The notes: generated by a model from the sequence alone, not told the origin. DNA of 32,000 bases from Pirellula staleyi DSM 6068 (GCA_000025185.1 CP001848.1:4950001-4982000); one strand, 5' to 3'; numbered from the stretch's first letter, positions 9,386-18,905 are shown. Numbers and translations: made by a program.

Positions 9386-10240
9386 ATGCCCGAACTACCC
9401 GAAGTCGAAACGATGCGGCGTGGCATCTTGAAAGCAACTGGCGCCACGATTGTCGACGTCCAGCTCGAACCGTGCGCGAGGCGTCCCATCGCGATCAAAC
9501 CGTCACTCGCAGTGGTTCAAAAATCGCTCATCGGAACCAAGATCAGTGCGATCGAACGCCTGGGAAAACGTGTGGTGGTGCGCGCGGGGGACGATTTTCA
9601 CCTGATCCTCGAGCCGCGCATGACGGGACTCGTGCTGGTGAGCGATCCTCCGTCGCGCGAGCATCTACGACTTCGCATCGATCTCGCCGGGAGCGTGCTC
9701 CCTTCGATTTGGTACTGGGATCGGCGCGGGCTTGGGAGTATTCAGCTCTACCGCACGGCGGAACTCGAAGCGCAACTGCTCTCAGGAAAACTGGGACCCG
9801 ACGCGCTTGCGATTTCGAAGGACGATTTCTCCGCGAGGCTGAAGCGGACGAGTCGAGCCATCAAGGTTGCGCTGCTCGATCAGCAGATCGTCGCGGGAGT
9901 AGGCAATCTGTATGCTTCCGAGATTTTGCATCTAGCAGCGATCGATCCCAAGTGTCGCGCGAATAAACTGACGCGACAGCAGCTCGACCTGCTTCACGAC
10001 AAGATGCTCGAGGTACTTCATACCGCCATTTTGCATGAAGGTTCGACCTTGTCCGATGGCACTTATCGCAACGCACTTGCACAGGCTGGCAACTACCAGA
10101 ATATGCACCGAGTTTACGATCGCGAGCACGAACCTTGCCCAACGTGCCTGTCACCCATTCAGCGCATTGTGCAAGCCCAGCGGTCGACCTTTTTTTGCGC
10201 AGCTTGTCAGCGTCCCTCTCGTAAAAAACCTCTGAAATAA
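9386..10240 (+). CDS. mutM: Formamidopyrimidine-DNA glycosylase (Fpg/MutM).
   Basis: The canonical N-terminus MPELPEVET (catalytic Pro2) starts at ATG 9386, so the track's 9122 start is an upstream in-frame extension. An H2TH region (GVGNLYASEILH) and a C-terminal CxxC...CxxC zinc finger (CPTC...CAAC) are present. Confidence 0.93.
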   Translation: MPELPEVETMRRGILKATGATIVDVQLEPCARRPIAIKPSLAVVQKSLIGTKISAIERLGKRVVVRAGDDFHLILEPRMTGLVLVSDPPSREHLRLRIDLAGSVLPSIWYWDRRGLGSIQLYRTAELEAQLLSGKLGPDALAISKDDFSARLKRTSRAIKVALLDQQIVAGVGNLYASEILHLAAIDPKCRANKLTRQQLDLLHDKMLEVLHTAILHEGSTLSDGTYRNALAQAGNYQNMHRVYDREHEPCPTCLSPIQRIVQAQRSTFFCAACQRPSRKKPLK

Positions 10241-10281
10241 TTATTAGTTTTTTGTGTCGCAGCTCTTCGCAGTTTTGCCGC

Positions 10282-10323
10282 GAAAAAACGGATGCGATTG
10301 CTTATCAGTCCGCTAGCATCCGT
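10282..10323 (-). terminator. Terminator-like hairpin oriented on the minus strand, inside an ORF-free region.
   Basis: The 8-bp stem acggatgc (10288..10295) / gcatccgt (10316..10323) has a 20-nt loop. Read on the minus strand it is followed directly by TTTTTTCG (complement of 10281..10288). On the plus strand no T-tract follows. The large loop weakens the call. Confidence 0.3.
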
Positions 10324-10335
10324 CAGCCGCAAGGG

Positions 10336-10363
10336 TTGAAGATTTTCAGCCATTTTCTACAAT
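10336..10363 (+). promoter_or_regulatory. Candidate sigma70-like promoter (TTGAAG-16 nt-TACAAT).
   Basis: ttgaag at 10336..10341 and tacaat at 10358..10363 with a 16-nt spacer, about 340 nt upstream of the MscS-like gene start. This is a pattern match only, and planctomycete promoter consensus is poorly defined. Confidence 0.25.
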
Positions 10364-10700
10364 AAAGCGGCCATCTTCGGCCTGTATCTAGTTGAAAACA
10401 TTCGCGCACATCGATGCGTGAATCTTCGGCGATCCATTGCCGGAAGTTAGCGTCAGCTATTGACGCAAAACTTACCGCAACATTACTCGGTTTCGCGAAC
10501 TAGCAACTCAGATTTTTCAGCCTCTCTCGGGCGATCATTCGCCTTGCTGGAATCTGCCCAAGCGACTACTGCCGTACTCCTGATTACGAACGATTTCGAT
10601 TCGCATTTTTTATTTGCCTCGCATCACCTGAACTGAGCTACGTGAGCTCGAATTGGGGTGGATACGCTCGGCGACACTCTGCTAAGGGGGAGTCATCGCC

Positions 10701-12917
10701 ATGCCACTGGACTTACACAGAAAGGAAGTGATCGCGATGACATCGCACGATGCTCACAGGTCTTTAGGATTCACTTCACTCAAAACATGCACGCTGCTTG
10801 TGGCATGTTTTCTTTTGCTCCTGGCAATGCAGGTGCCTGCTCAAGCCGCCGAACCAGCGGATCATGAGCAGCCAGCGTCGACCTCCAAAAACGAGTCCAC
10901 CGAGGAGCAAGTCGGCGAGCGCACTACGGTGCTTAAGCCGGTTGCTGAAGAGGTCGAAACGATTTCAGCCGCCGAACAGATAACGCGACTGCAGCGAGCC
11001 GTTCAAAACGATAACGACCAGATCAGCGAGCTGCGCGAAGAGCTGGCCGATCCGATGAGCGAGTACAAAATCGCCGAGGCTGAGTTTCAGCAGCTCGAAA
11101 CGAAATTGCAGGCGATTAGTGCTCAGCTGAACGACCCGATGAAGCTGGCGCCCGATGAAATCACAGTGCTGCAAACAGAGCGCGACGAGATCGCCGAAAA
11201 GCATAAGCTGGCGCGTGATCGATTTGATCTCGCCATCGAATCGCGGCGCACGATTCACGATCAGATCGCCGCCCTCGAGGAGAAGCTGCGGCAAGATCAA
11301 GCGGCTCTCGACCGGGTTAGTGGAAATCTACAGCCCGCCGCTAGTGCCACCACAAAACCTGCCGGTGAAATGCCTGCAGATAGTCTCGCTTCTAGCGACG
11401 CTGCCGATGCCGCCAACAGTCCCGAGAATGGGTCCCCCAAAGCAACGAGTGAATCGCCAGCGAGTGAGAAGACGAGCGACAAGTCGGCCGCATCGCAATC
11501 GCCGATGCTTCCTGGCATCGATTTGCCAGCAACCCCCATTTTTCAGGCTCCGGCGAAGGCTCCCAGCAAAGAATTGTTGGCGGCCGAAGATGAGGCAAAG
11601 CTGCGTAAAGAACTAGCCGAGCAGGCTGAGCGGGATGCCAAGTCGGTGACCGATCGAATCGTCTCGCTCGATAAAAGTATTGAGCTCGAGAACAAGCAGC
11701 TTGCAGCGAGTCGCAAACGATCCGACCTCGCCTATCAATCGGCACAGGCGATGGAGCGCGAGAAAGAAAAACTCCGCATCGGTGGTGCCTCCGAGGAACA
11801 ACTCGCTGCCATTCGCGAGCAACGTGAGAAAGCGGAAGCACATTTTCAGGCAGCGCGGGCTGAAGTGGCTGAACGCATCGATCGCGTCAATCAACTGCAA
11901 TCGCAGCGCGCACTGCTCCAGCGCGAGGAACTTGCCGCCATTGCGGAAGCGAAACTTAAACTCGAAGAAGCAACCACCGCCGAGGCGAATGTCACCAATC
12001 TTCGCAATCCATTCTCGCCCCACAATCTCATTCAATGGTTCCTCGATCATGGTCCGAAAATCGGCGTCATCTTGATTAGCATGCTGGCGCTGCGTTGGTT
12101 CCTTAGCCTAGCCAATCATCGCTTCGTGCAGATGATGGCCATTCGTGGCGCACGAGGGACCCAGCAAGAGCGTGAAGACCGCGCACGCACACTCGTCGGA
12201 GTATTTCATAACGCAGCTTCGGGCGCGATTGTCGTCAGCGGAACGCTCATGATTTTCGAAGAGGTCGGCATTGCCGTCGCGCCTCTCATGGGTGGTGCTG
12301 CTGTGGTGGGCTTAGCCGTGGCCTTCGGTGCGCAAAATTTGATTCGCGACTATTTTTATGGCTTCGTGATCTTGCTCGAGAATCAGTACAAGCTGAACGA
12401 TGTCCTGAAAATTGGCGATATCGCGGGGCAAGTCGAGCAGATCACGCTCCGCATGACGGTGCTGCGCGATATCGAAGGAAACGTCCATTTTATTCCCAAC
12501 GGCAAGATCGACTCCGTGACAAACATGACCCACGGCTGGTCGCGCGCGGTGCTCGATGTCCCGGTTGCTTACGACGAAGATATCGACCGCGTGATGCAAA
12601 TTTTGATGGATGTTGCCACGCTGATGCGGCGCGATCCCGAGTATGCCTGGCAAATCATCGACGATCCCGAAATGCTGGGGATCGAAGCGCTTGGAGATTC
12701 AGCGGTTGCGGTGAAGTTTCTGATCAAAACGCGACCACTCAGCAAGCACCCGATTCGCCGCGAACTGCTCCGTCGAATAAAGCGGAAGTTCGACGAACTC
12801 GGCATCATAATTCCGTTTCAGCAGCGCGTGGTGCATCATCGCTACGACGAAATGCTCGACAGCGAGTCCGATGTTCCCGGCCTCCTTGCACCTCCCAGAT
12901 CCAAGAAACGGGCGTAG
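10701..12917 (+). CDS. Large MscS-family mechanosensitive channel with a long N-terminal coiled-coil/low-complexity extension (MscK/MscM-like architecture).
   Basis: ATG 10701 is preceded by aagggggag (10684..10692). Signal peptide: LLVACFLLLLAMQVPAQA. About 430 aa of heptad-like E/Q/A/L-rich sequence plus a P/S/A-rich linker follow. Then come TM helices and the MscS core (GAQNLIRDYFYGFVILLENQYKLNDVLKIGDIAGQVEQITLRMTVLRDIEGNVHFIPNG). Confidence 0.9.
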   Translation: MPLDLHRKEVIAMTSHDAHRSLGFTSLKTCTLLVACFLLLLAMQVPAQAAEPADHEQPASTSKNESTEEQVGERTTVLKPVAEEVETISAAEQITRLQRAVQNDNDQISELREELADPMSEYKIAEAEFQQLETKLQAISAQLNDPMKLAPDEITVLQTERDEIAEKHKLARDRFDLAIESRRTIHDQIAALEEKLRQDQAALDRVSGNLQPAASATTKPAGEMPADSLASSDAADAANSPENGSPKATSESPASEKTSDKSAASQSPMLPGIDLPATPIFQAPAKAPSKELLAAEDEAKLRKELAEQAERDAKSVTDRIVSLDKSIELENKQLAASRKRSDLAYQSAQAMEREKEKLRIGGASEEQLAAIREQREKAEAHFQAARAEVAERIDRVNQLQSQRALLQREELAAIAEAKLKLEEATTAEANVTNLRNPFSPHNLIQWFLDHGPKIGVILISMLALRWFLSLANHRFVQMMAIRGARGTQQEREDRARTLVGVFHNAASGAIVVSGTLMIFEEVGIAVAPLMGGAAVVGLAVAFGAQNLIRDYFYGFVILLENQYKLNDVLKIGDIAGQVEQITLRMTVLRDIEGNVHFIPNGKIDSVTNMTHGWSRAVLDVPVAYDEDIDRVMQILMDVATLMRRDPEYAWQIIDDPEMLGIEALGDSAVAVKFLIKTRPLSKHPIRRELLRRIKRKFDELGIIIPFQQRVVHHRYDEMLDSESDVPGLLAPPRSKKRA

Positions 12918-13131
12918 TGCATAGACCTGTAATCGCGGGGCCGCTGAAGCAGATTTCCATTGCGTCGGCGACAGAATTTACCGTACACTTCGGGAATGCA
13001 TCGAGAACTTTCGATGAGTGTGGGGGCACTTATCTAGGAGATGTTGCGCCATAAATTGCTTACGAGCGGTGTGGCGTCGACATTTCCTTTACCTAACCAC
13101 TCTTCCTCTCCCCAATTTCACGGAGGCCCGA

Positions 13132-14193
13132 ATGACTAGCGAAAACCAACCCGGCTCGAAGAAAGATTGCCCCGACTGCGAGTCGTCCCTCTATTTGCCA
13201 CGTCGCGATTTCATTCGCGTGGTCGGTTCGGCTGCTGTCGCCAGTGCGCTCGCGCCTGCTGCCAAATTGTGGGGAGCCGACGAGAAGCCTGCTGCCGACA
13301 AAACGCCGGAATCGATCGTCAAGCACCTCTACGATTCGCTCAACGAAAAGCAGCGGAAAGATGTCTGCTTCGACTGGGACTACCAAGATCCCAAGCGAGG
13401 CCTTCTGCGCACACGCATCAGCAACAACTGGCACATCACTTCACCTGTGATCAAAAGTGATTATTTCACGAGCGATCAGCAGCAGATGATTCGCGACATC
13501 TTCGAAGGAATGATTCAGCCCGAGTGGCACGCGAAGTTCGACAAGCAACTGCAAGACGATGCGGGTGGCTTTGGTAATAGCCAAAATATTGCCATTTTCG
13601 GCAAGCCAGGTGAAGGGAAGTACGAATTCGTGATGACCGGGCGTCACATGACGCTCCGCTGCGACGGCAACACAGCCGACCATGTGGCGTTTGGTGGCCC
13701 GATTTTCTACGGACACGCTGCCAACGGATTCAACGAAAGCGCCGACCACAAGGGGAACGTCTTCTGGGAGCAAGCCCTCGCCGCGAACGAGGTCTACAAG
13801 ATGCTCGATGGCAAGCAGCGTAAGCTGGCCGAAGTTGCCGACACCCCACGCGAGCAAGAGTCGGGCATGCAAGGCCCTGAGGGGAAATTCCCTGGCATTC
13901 CGGTCGCCGATATGTCGTCGGACCAAAAAGAACTAGTGCAAAAGACGCTGCTGAAGTTGATCGAACCTTATCGTCAAACCGATCGCGACGAAGTCCTCTC
14001 GTGCCTCAAGGCCCAAGGTGGTATCGACAAGTGCAGCCTCGCGTTCTATGTCCTTAACGATCTGGGTGGCGATAAGGTGTGGGACAACTGGCGGCTCGAA
14101 GGTCCCAACTTCGTTTGGTACTTCCGAGGCGAACCGCACGTGCATGTGTGGGTGAACATTGCCGACAACCACAAGGTGGAACTCAACGCGTAA
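13132..14193 (+). CDS. Tat-exported protein, DUF3500-like. The family assignment is tentative.
   Basis: ATG 13132 is preceded by cggagg. Twin-arginine motif: LPRRDFIRVVGSAAVASALAP. The layout recalls DUF3500 (IAIFGKPGEGKYEFVMTGRHMTLRCDG; WRLEGPNFVWYFRGEPHVHVWVN). The track's 13018 start adds 38 implausible residues. Confidence 0.8.
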   Translation: MTSENQPGSKKDCPDCESSLYLPRRDFIRVVGSAAVASALAPAAKLWGADEKPAADKTPESIVKHLYDSLNEKQRKDVCFDWDYQDPKRGLLRTRISNNWHITSPVIKSDYFTSDQQQMIRDIFEGMIQPEWHAKFDKQLQDDAGGFGNSQNIAIFGKPGEGKYEFVMTGRHMTLRCDGNTADHVAFGGPIFYGHAANGFNESADHKGNVFWEQALAANEVYKMLDGKQRKLAEVADTPREQESGMQGPEGKFPGIPVADMSSDQKELVQKTLLKLIEPYRQTDRDEVLSCLKAQGGIDKCSLAFYVLNDLGGDKVWDNWRLEGPNFVWYFRGEPHVHVWVNIADNHKVELNA

Positions 14194-14225
14194 GTGCCAT
14201 TGGCACTAACGGCGCTAACTCATCG

Positions 14226-14278
14226 GCAGCGTGATGCTCGGGCGAGGTAATCTCTCCGCAACATCACGCTGCTTTTTT
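14226..14278 (+). terminator. Rho-independent terminator after the DUF3500-like gene.
   Basis: Perfect 11-bp stem gcagcgtgatg (14226..14236) / catcacgctgc (14262..14272), followed by TTTTTT (14273..14278). Confidence 0.7.
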
Positions 14279-14421
14279 GTTTCTTGATCTGTTACGATTA
14301 ATAGCAGCTCGTCGAATAGAGACGAGCCGCACCAGTATCAGCCTGGTAGCGAGCGAAAAAATCGCCAAATCGCTGGCCCATCTCTCGCAAAAGCCACGAC
14401 TCCCACACCTTGAGACTCCGC

Positions 14422-16158
14422 ATGAACTCGCGACGCGCATGGCTTCGAAATTCGGCGGCGCTTCTGGCCGGGGCTGCGATTGCCCCTTCGCTGGCGAGTC
14501 CGCTGATCGCCGACGATAGCAACCAACCGTTGCCGCCGTTTGCCGCCCGTGGAACGGCTGGTGCCGTGGCGACGGTCCATCCAATAGCCACCGCTGCGGG
14601 GATCGATGCTGCGAAGCAAGGTGGCAACGCCATCGACGCTGCGATTGCCGCCGCAGTGATGCTGGGAGTTGTCGATTCGCACAACTCGGGGCTCGGCGGA
14701 GGGTGCTTTATCCTTGCGCGACTCGCCAGCGGAAAGACCGTTTGCATTGATGGGCGCGAAACGGCTCCGGCGAAAGCAACGCGCGATATGTACCTGCGCG
14801 GTGGCAAGGCGGATCCGAATTTGAGTCAAACCGGCGCTCTGGCGGTCGCTACCCCCGGCGCGTTGCGGGCTTATGAACTCCTCAGCCGAGAAGCAGGCAC
14901 GCGTAAATTTGCCGAGCTCATTCTGCCAGCGGCTCAAGTGGCTGAAGAAGGGTTCGCTATCGACCGGGTCTTGGCGGGACGCATCGCCGCCACGCGCGAG
15001 ACCATCGCGCAGTTTCCCGCGACTGCCGAGGTTCTATTCACCGCGAGTGGCAAGCCACTCGAAACGGGCATGACGCTCCGCCAGCGCGACCTTGCACGCA
15101 CGCTGCGCATGATCGCCGAGCAGGGGGTCGACTGGTTTTACGAAGGAGAACTTGCCGAGCGGATCGGCGCGTGGATGCGAGAGCACGGAGGACTTCTTTC
15201 GCAGGACGATTTCAAAAACTACCAGCCTGCTCGCCGCGAACCGCTCTCGACGTCGTTCCGCCGCAACACCATCCTCGGATTCCCACCACCAAGTTCAGGC
15301 GGTGTGCATGTCGCACAAATCTTGAAGATGCTCGAACGTTTTCCGCTGGCGGAGATTCACCGCTCGAGTCCCGCCGCAGCGCTCCATTTAATTGCTGAAG
15401 CGATGAAGCTCGCCTTCGCCGATCGTGCCAAATGGCTCGGGGACCCCGACTTCGCGAAGGTGCCGCGCGGGCTGATTGACGAGAAGTATTTGATGGCCCG
15501 CGCGAGCCTCATCAATCCACAGGAAACCACCGCCGCTGTCGCTGGCGAACCTCCGCATCCCCAAAGTGACCTGTTCAGCAAACACACCACACACATCACA
15601 GCAGCTGATCGAGCGGGCAACATTGTGGCCATCACCGCCACCGTCAACACCACGTTTGGATCGAAGGTGATCGTTCCCGGCACTGGGCTTGTGCTGAACA
15701 ATGAGATGGACGACTTCAGTATCGAGCCGGGAGTGCGTAACGCCTTCGGCCTGATCGGTGGTCAGGCGAATGAAGTTGCCGCGCGGAAGCGGCCGCTGTC
15801 GAGCATGAGCCCCACGATTGTGCTCGATGTCGATCAAAAATTTAGACTCACCACCGGAGCTGCTGGCGGACCGACGATCATCTCTCAAGTGCTGCTGAAC
15901 GTGCTGCGAACTCTGGAATTTGGCGAAAATCTCGCCACCGCCATTGCCGCGCCACGCATTCATCAGCAGTGGTCTCCCGATGAACTGCGCTGCGAAAAAA
16001 CGCTCCCTCAGGAAGTTCAAGACGACCTTAGCTCGCGCGGTCATCAGCTGAAGCTGGTCGATTCCATGGGGGTGAGCCAAGGGATCGAGCGCCGCGACGA
16101 CACGCTCGTTGCTGTTCACGATCCACGTGTTCCAGGATCGGCGCGAGGATGGTCATGA
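14422..16158 (+). CDS. ggt: Gamma-glutamyltransferase (gamma-glutamyltranspeptidase), exported.
   Basis: Tat-like N-terminus MNSRRAWLRNSAALLAGAAIAP from ATG 14422 (the track start 14410 is TTG). GGT motifs: GGNAIDAAIA, and the autoprocessing/catalytic Thr context HTTHITAADRAGNIVAITATVNTTFGS, followed by LNNEMDDF and SSMSPT. Confidence 0.93.
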   Translation: MNSRRAWLRNSAALLAGAAIAPSLASPLIADDSNQPLPPFAARGTAGAVATVHPIATAAGIDAAKQGGNAIDAAIAAAVMLGVVDSHNSGLGGGCFILARLASGKTVCIDGRETAPAKATRDMYLRGGKADPNLSQTGALAVATPGALRAYELLSREAGTRKFAELILPAAQVAEEGFAIDRVLAGRIAATRETIAQFPATAEVLFTASGKPLETGMTLRQRDLARTLRMIAEQGVDWFYEGELAERIGAWMREHGGLLSQDDFKNYQPARREPLSTSFRRNTILGFPPPSSGGVHVAQILKMLERFPLAEIHRSSPAAALHLIAEAMKLAFADRAKWLGDPDFAKVPRGLIDEKYLMARASLINPQETTAAVAGEPPHPQSDLFSKHTTHITAADRAGNIVAITATVNTTFGSKVIVPGTGLVLNNEMDDFSIEPGVRNAFGLIGGQANEVAARKRPLSSMSPTIVLDVDQKFRLTTGAAGGPTIISQVLLNVLRTLEFGENLATAIAAPRIHQQWSPDELRCEKTLPQEVQDDLSSRGHQLKLVDSMGVSQGIERRDDTLVAVHDPRVPGSARGWS

Positions 16159-17633
16159 CACATCCTCGCGAAGCATTACACCCCCGTCACTCTCGAGCCA
16201 CGCCTCGCATCGCCGTGCTGTTTTTGCTCGCTCGCTTTTCAGTTTTCCTCGTGATGCTGCTGGCGATCGTCTCCCCAGGTTCGTCGGCGTTTTCACAGAC
16301 GGAACCTCCTTCGCCCGACAATGCCGCGTGGGAATTCGCGCACCTCGCAGGAGGTGTCACGCTCCGCGGTGTCGTTCTGAAGGAGCGCGAGCACGAGATC
16401 GATTTTGCCGAGATTTTTACCCCACCGGGTCGCCCCATGTATGCCGTGGTGCATGGGCTGCAGCGGATTCGGATCGGACGTATCGAGGCACTCCCCGAGG
16501 CAGAGCATGCCCAACTCCTCGAAACCTTTCAGAACCTGCGCAATCGCGCTCGAATCGATGCCCAGCGCCAAGAGGACGTCGTTTTAGTGGCCATCGGCGA
16601 CGCTGCTTCGGCACGCTTTCGCTACGATGGAGACTGGTTTTCGCTCGAGAGCAATTGCGACGAAATGATCACACGCCGCTGCGTGGTGCGCGTCGAGCAA
16701 ATGTTCCGCGCCTATCGCACACTGCTACCACCGCGAGTCGAGAACCCCGCACGCGTCGAAATCCGTATCTTTGGCGACGTCGATCACTACCGCCAAAACC
16801 TGCGCGAACTTCAGCTGCCGCTCGGGAATCTGGCGATCTATGTCGGCAGTCAGCAGCTTGTCCTCGCCGGGAGCGATTTGCGCACCCTCTCCGATCGACT
16901 AGTGCAGCTGCAAACCCATCTGGCAAGTCTCCAGTCGCAGTCGCAACTGCTCACCAAAGCGCACGAACTTAGCCTCGCACGCCAATCGCAGCTGCTTAAA
17001 GAAAAAGGGTTCTCGGCTGCCGAAATCAGCACCGAATTGCGACTTCGCAAAAACGCTTTCGATGCCGAGCGGGCGGAAGTTCAAGCGGCCGCCGCAGCCG
17101 CCCTTCGCGAAAGTGAAAAGCTCTTTCAAACCGCCACAGCAGCGATGATAAGCCGTTTGCGGCACGAAGCTTTTCACGCCTATCTCGATTCCAGCGTCTT
17201 TCCGCGCGCTTCGCACCATGTGCCGATTTGGCTCCATGAAGGGCTCGCCCAAGTGTTTGAAACAGCGGTGCTCGATGGCGACTCGCTCCGGGTCGATGCA
17301 CCATCTCCCGCAAGGCTTCGAAGTCTCGCTCACGATCTCACCACGGCCGAAGCACTCCCACTCGCCCGGCTTCTCGAATCCGAGCAAGATGCTTTCCTCG
17401 GCAGCCACCGGCAAGCAGCTCGCGACCAGCATTATTTGTATGCCTGGGGAGTCGCCTACCATCTCGCTTTCGAGCAGCGGCTGTTGGGCTCACCGGCACT
17501 CGAAACTTACGTCGAAAAAAGCTCGGCGAAGTCGAGTCCGATTGCCAACTTCGAAAAGCTCGTCGGCAAGGATCTGGTCAGCTGGGAGCGCTCGTGGCAC
17601 GAGCATGTCCGCCGTTCAGCTGCCGCGAAATAG
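16155..17633 (+). CDS. Exported HExxH protein, DUF1570-like (putative MA-clan metallopeptidase).
   Basis: ATG 16155 forms an ATGA overlap with the ggt stop (16155..16158); an alternative ATG is at 16149. N-terminal signal/TM: IAVLFLLARFSVFLVMLLAIV. HEAFH lies at 17163..17177, and a downstream WLHEGLAQVFE (Glu at 17238..17240) fits a gluzincin-type third ligand. Confidence 0.8.
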   Translation: MTHPREALHPRHSRATPRIAVLFLLARFSVFLVMLLAIVSPGSSAFSQTEPPSPDNAAWEFAHLAGGVTLRGVVLKEREHEIDFAEIFTPPGRPMYAVVHGLQRIRIGRIEALPEAEHAQLLETFQNLRNRARIDAQRQEDVVLVAIGDAASARFRYDGDWFSLESNCDEMITRRCVVRVEQMFRAYRTLLPPRVENPARVEIRIFGDVDHYRQNLRELQLPLGNLAIYVGSQQLVLAGSDLRTLSDRLVQLQTHLASLQSQSQLLTKAHELSLARQSQLLKEKGFSAAEISTELRLRKNAFDAERAEVQAAAAAALRESEKLFQTATAAMISRLRHEAFHAYLDSSVFPRASHHVPIWLHEGLAQVFETAVLDGDSLRVDAPSPARLRSLAHDLTTAEALPLARLLESEQDAFLGSHRQAARDQHYLYAWGVAYHLAFEQRLLGSPALETYVEKSSAKSSPIANFEKLVGKDLVSWERSWHEHVRRSAAAK

Positions 17634-17714
17634 TGCCGCTTGCTTGCTCTTGCCACTTCCCCCAGCGATGATGCTGACAAATCTCCTGCTCCCCATCCCG
17701 CCGGAATTCCCGCC

Positions 17715-18905
17715 ATGATCGTCCGTAACCGATTCACATTTCATTGCTGGCTCTGCGTCATCGCTTCCATGATCCTAGGAGCAATTTGCTCGCTCGCCAC
17801 AGGCGAAGAACCTGCTGCCACTGGCTTTTCTTACTCGCTTCTCAAAGGGGATACCTTCGATGGCTGGATCGTCACCGGCTGTCAGGCGGAAGTGAAGGAG
17901 GGGGTGATTCGCGCCACCTCGGGAGAAGGGATGATTCGGACCGAGAACGAGTATGGCGATTTCATCCTCGAACTCGAGTGGCGGCCTCTCAAGGAGAGCG
18001 ACTTCGACAGCGGAATCTTTTTCCGCGCGGCACTTCCTCCCGAAGGGAAACCGTGGCCGCAAAAGTATCAAGTGAACCTGAAGCAGAACGACGAAGGAAA
18101 CGTCGGCCCACTCAAAGAGGCTCGTAGCAAAGGCCTCATCAAGCCGGGCGAATGGAACCAGATGCAGCTGACGGTGATCGGCGACAAAGCGAGCCTCCAG
18201 CTCAATGGCAAAGATGCCTGGACAGCATCGGGTGTCGAGCGACCTCGCGGCTATATCGCCATCCAGGTCGAAGCAACTCTTGGAGGTCCGTTCGAGTTTC
18301 GTCAGCTGAAAATCACGGAACTCGGTGCCAAGTCACTCATCACCGACGACAAACTCACCGGCTTCACAGGCGTAGGTGGCGAAAAAGAAGCGTGCTGGAG
18401 TCTCGAAGAAGGGATGATCGTTTGCAGCGGCAAAAAAGGGCCTTGGCTGCGTTACGACCAACCGGTGCAAGACTTCAATCTCCGTTTCGACTATCAGCTG
18501 CTGCAGGGGGGCAATTCGGGGATCTATGTGCGTGTCCCCGAAGATGGCAACCATCATGGCAAGGGGGCAGGGGTCGAGATTCAGCTGCTCGATGACACTT
18601 CTGAAAAGTACAAGCAGCTCAAAGAGTATCAATACACCGGCAGCATCTACGCCATCCTGGCCGCAAAAAATCGCCTCGATAAACCGGCTCCCGCTTGGAA
18701 CACGATGGAAATCGACTGCCGCGCCAATCGCTACCGCATAACCCACAACGGTGTGGTGGTTCTCGAGACCGATGACACGCAGACCCCAGAGCTTGCCGAG
18801 CGACGTGTCGAGGGCTACCTGGGACTTCAGAATCACACGAGCAAAATCTGGTTTCGCAACCTCCGTTTGGGTCCCTCGCTCCCCGAACTTCCTGCTGCTA
18901 AATAG
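17715..18905 (+). CDS. Secreted protein with two DUF1080 (3-keto-disaccharide hydrolase-like, concanavalin-type) domains.
   Basis: ATG 17715 gives the signal peptide MIVRNRFTFHCWLCVIASMILGAICSLATGEE. The two repeats each follow the DUF1080 pattern. Repeat 1: FDGW...YGDFILELEWR...SGIFFRA...GYIAIQVE...FEFRQLKI. Repeat 2: ...FNLRFDYQL..GGNSGIYVRV...EIQLLDD...YTGSIY...WNTMEI...GYLGLQNHTSKIWFRNLRL. Confidence 0.85.
   Translation: MIVRNRFTFHCWLCVIASMILGAICSLATGEEPAATGFSYSLLKGDTFDGWIVTGCQAEVKEGVIRATSGEGMIRTENEYGDFILELEWRPLKESDFDSGIFFRAALPPEGKPWPQKYQVNLKQNDEGNVGPLKEARSKGLIKPGEWNQMQLTVIGDKASLQLNGKDAWTASGVERPRGYIAIQVEATLGGPFEFRQLKITELGAKSLITDDKLTGFTGVGGEKEACWSLEEGMIVCSGKKGPWLRYDQPVQDFNLRFDYQLLQGGNSGIYVRVPEDGNHHGKGAGVEIQLLDDTSEKYKQLKEYQYTGSIYAILAAKNRLDKPAPAWNTMEIDCRANRYRITHNGVVVLETDDTQTPELAERRVEGYLGLQNHTSKIWFRNLRLGPSLPELPAAK

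Noticed and set aside
10626-10640. Minus-strand string TAGCTCAGTTCAGGT, resembling a tRNA D-arm.
   Set aside because: There is no complementary D-stem closure, no acceptor stem, no anticodon arm and no GTTCGAATC-type T-loop in the flanks. It is a coincidental match.
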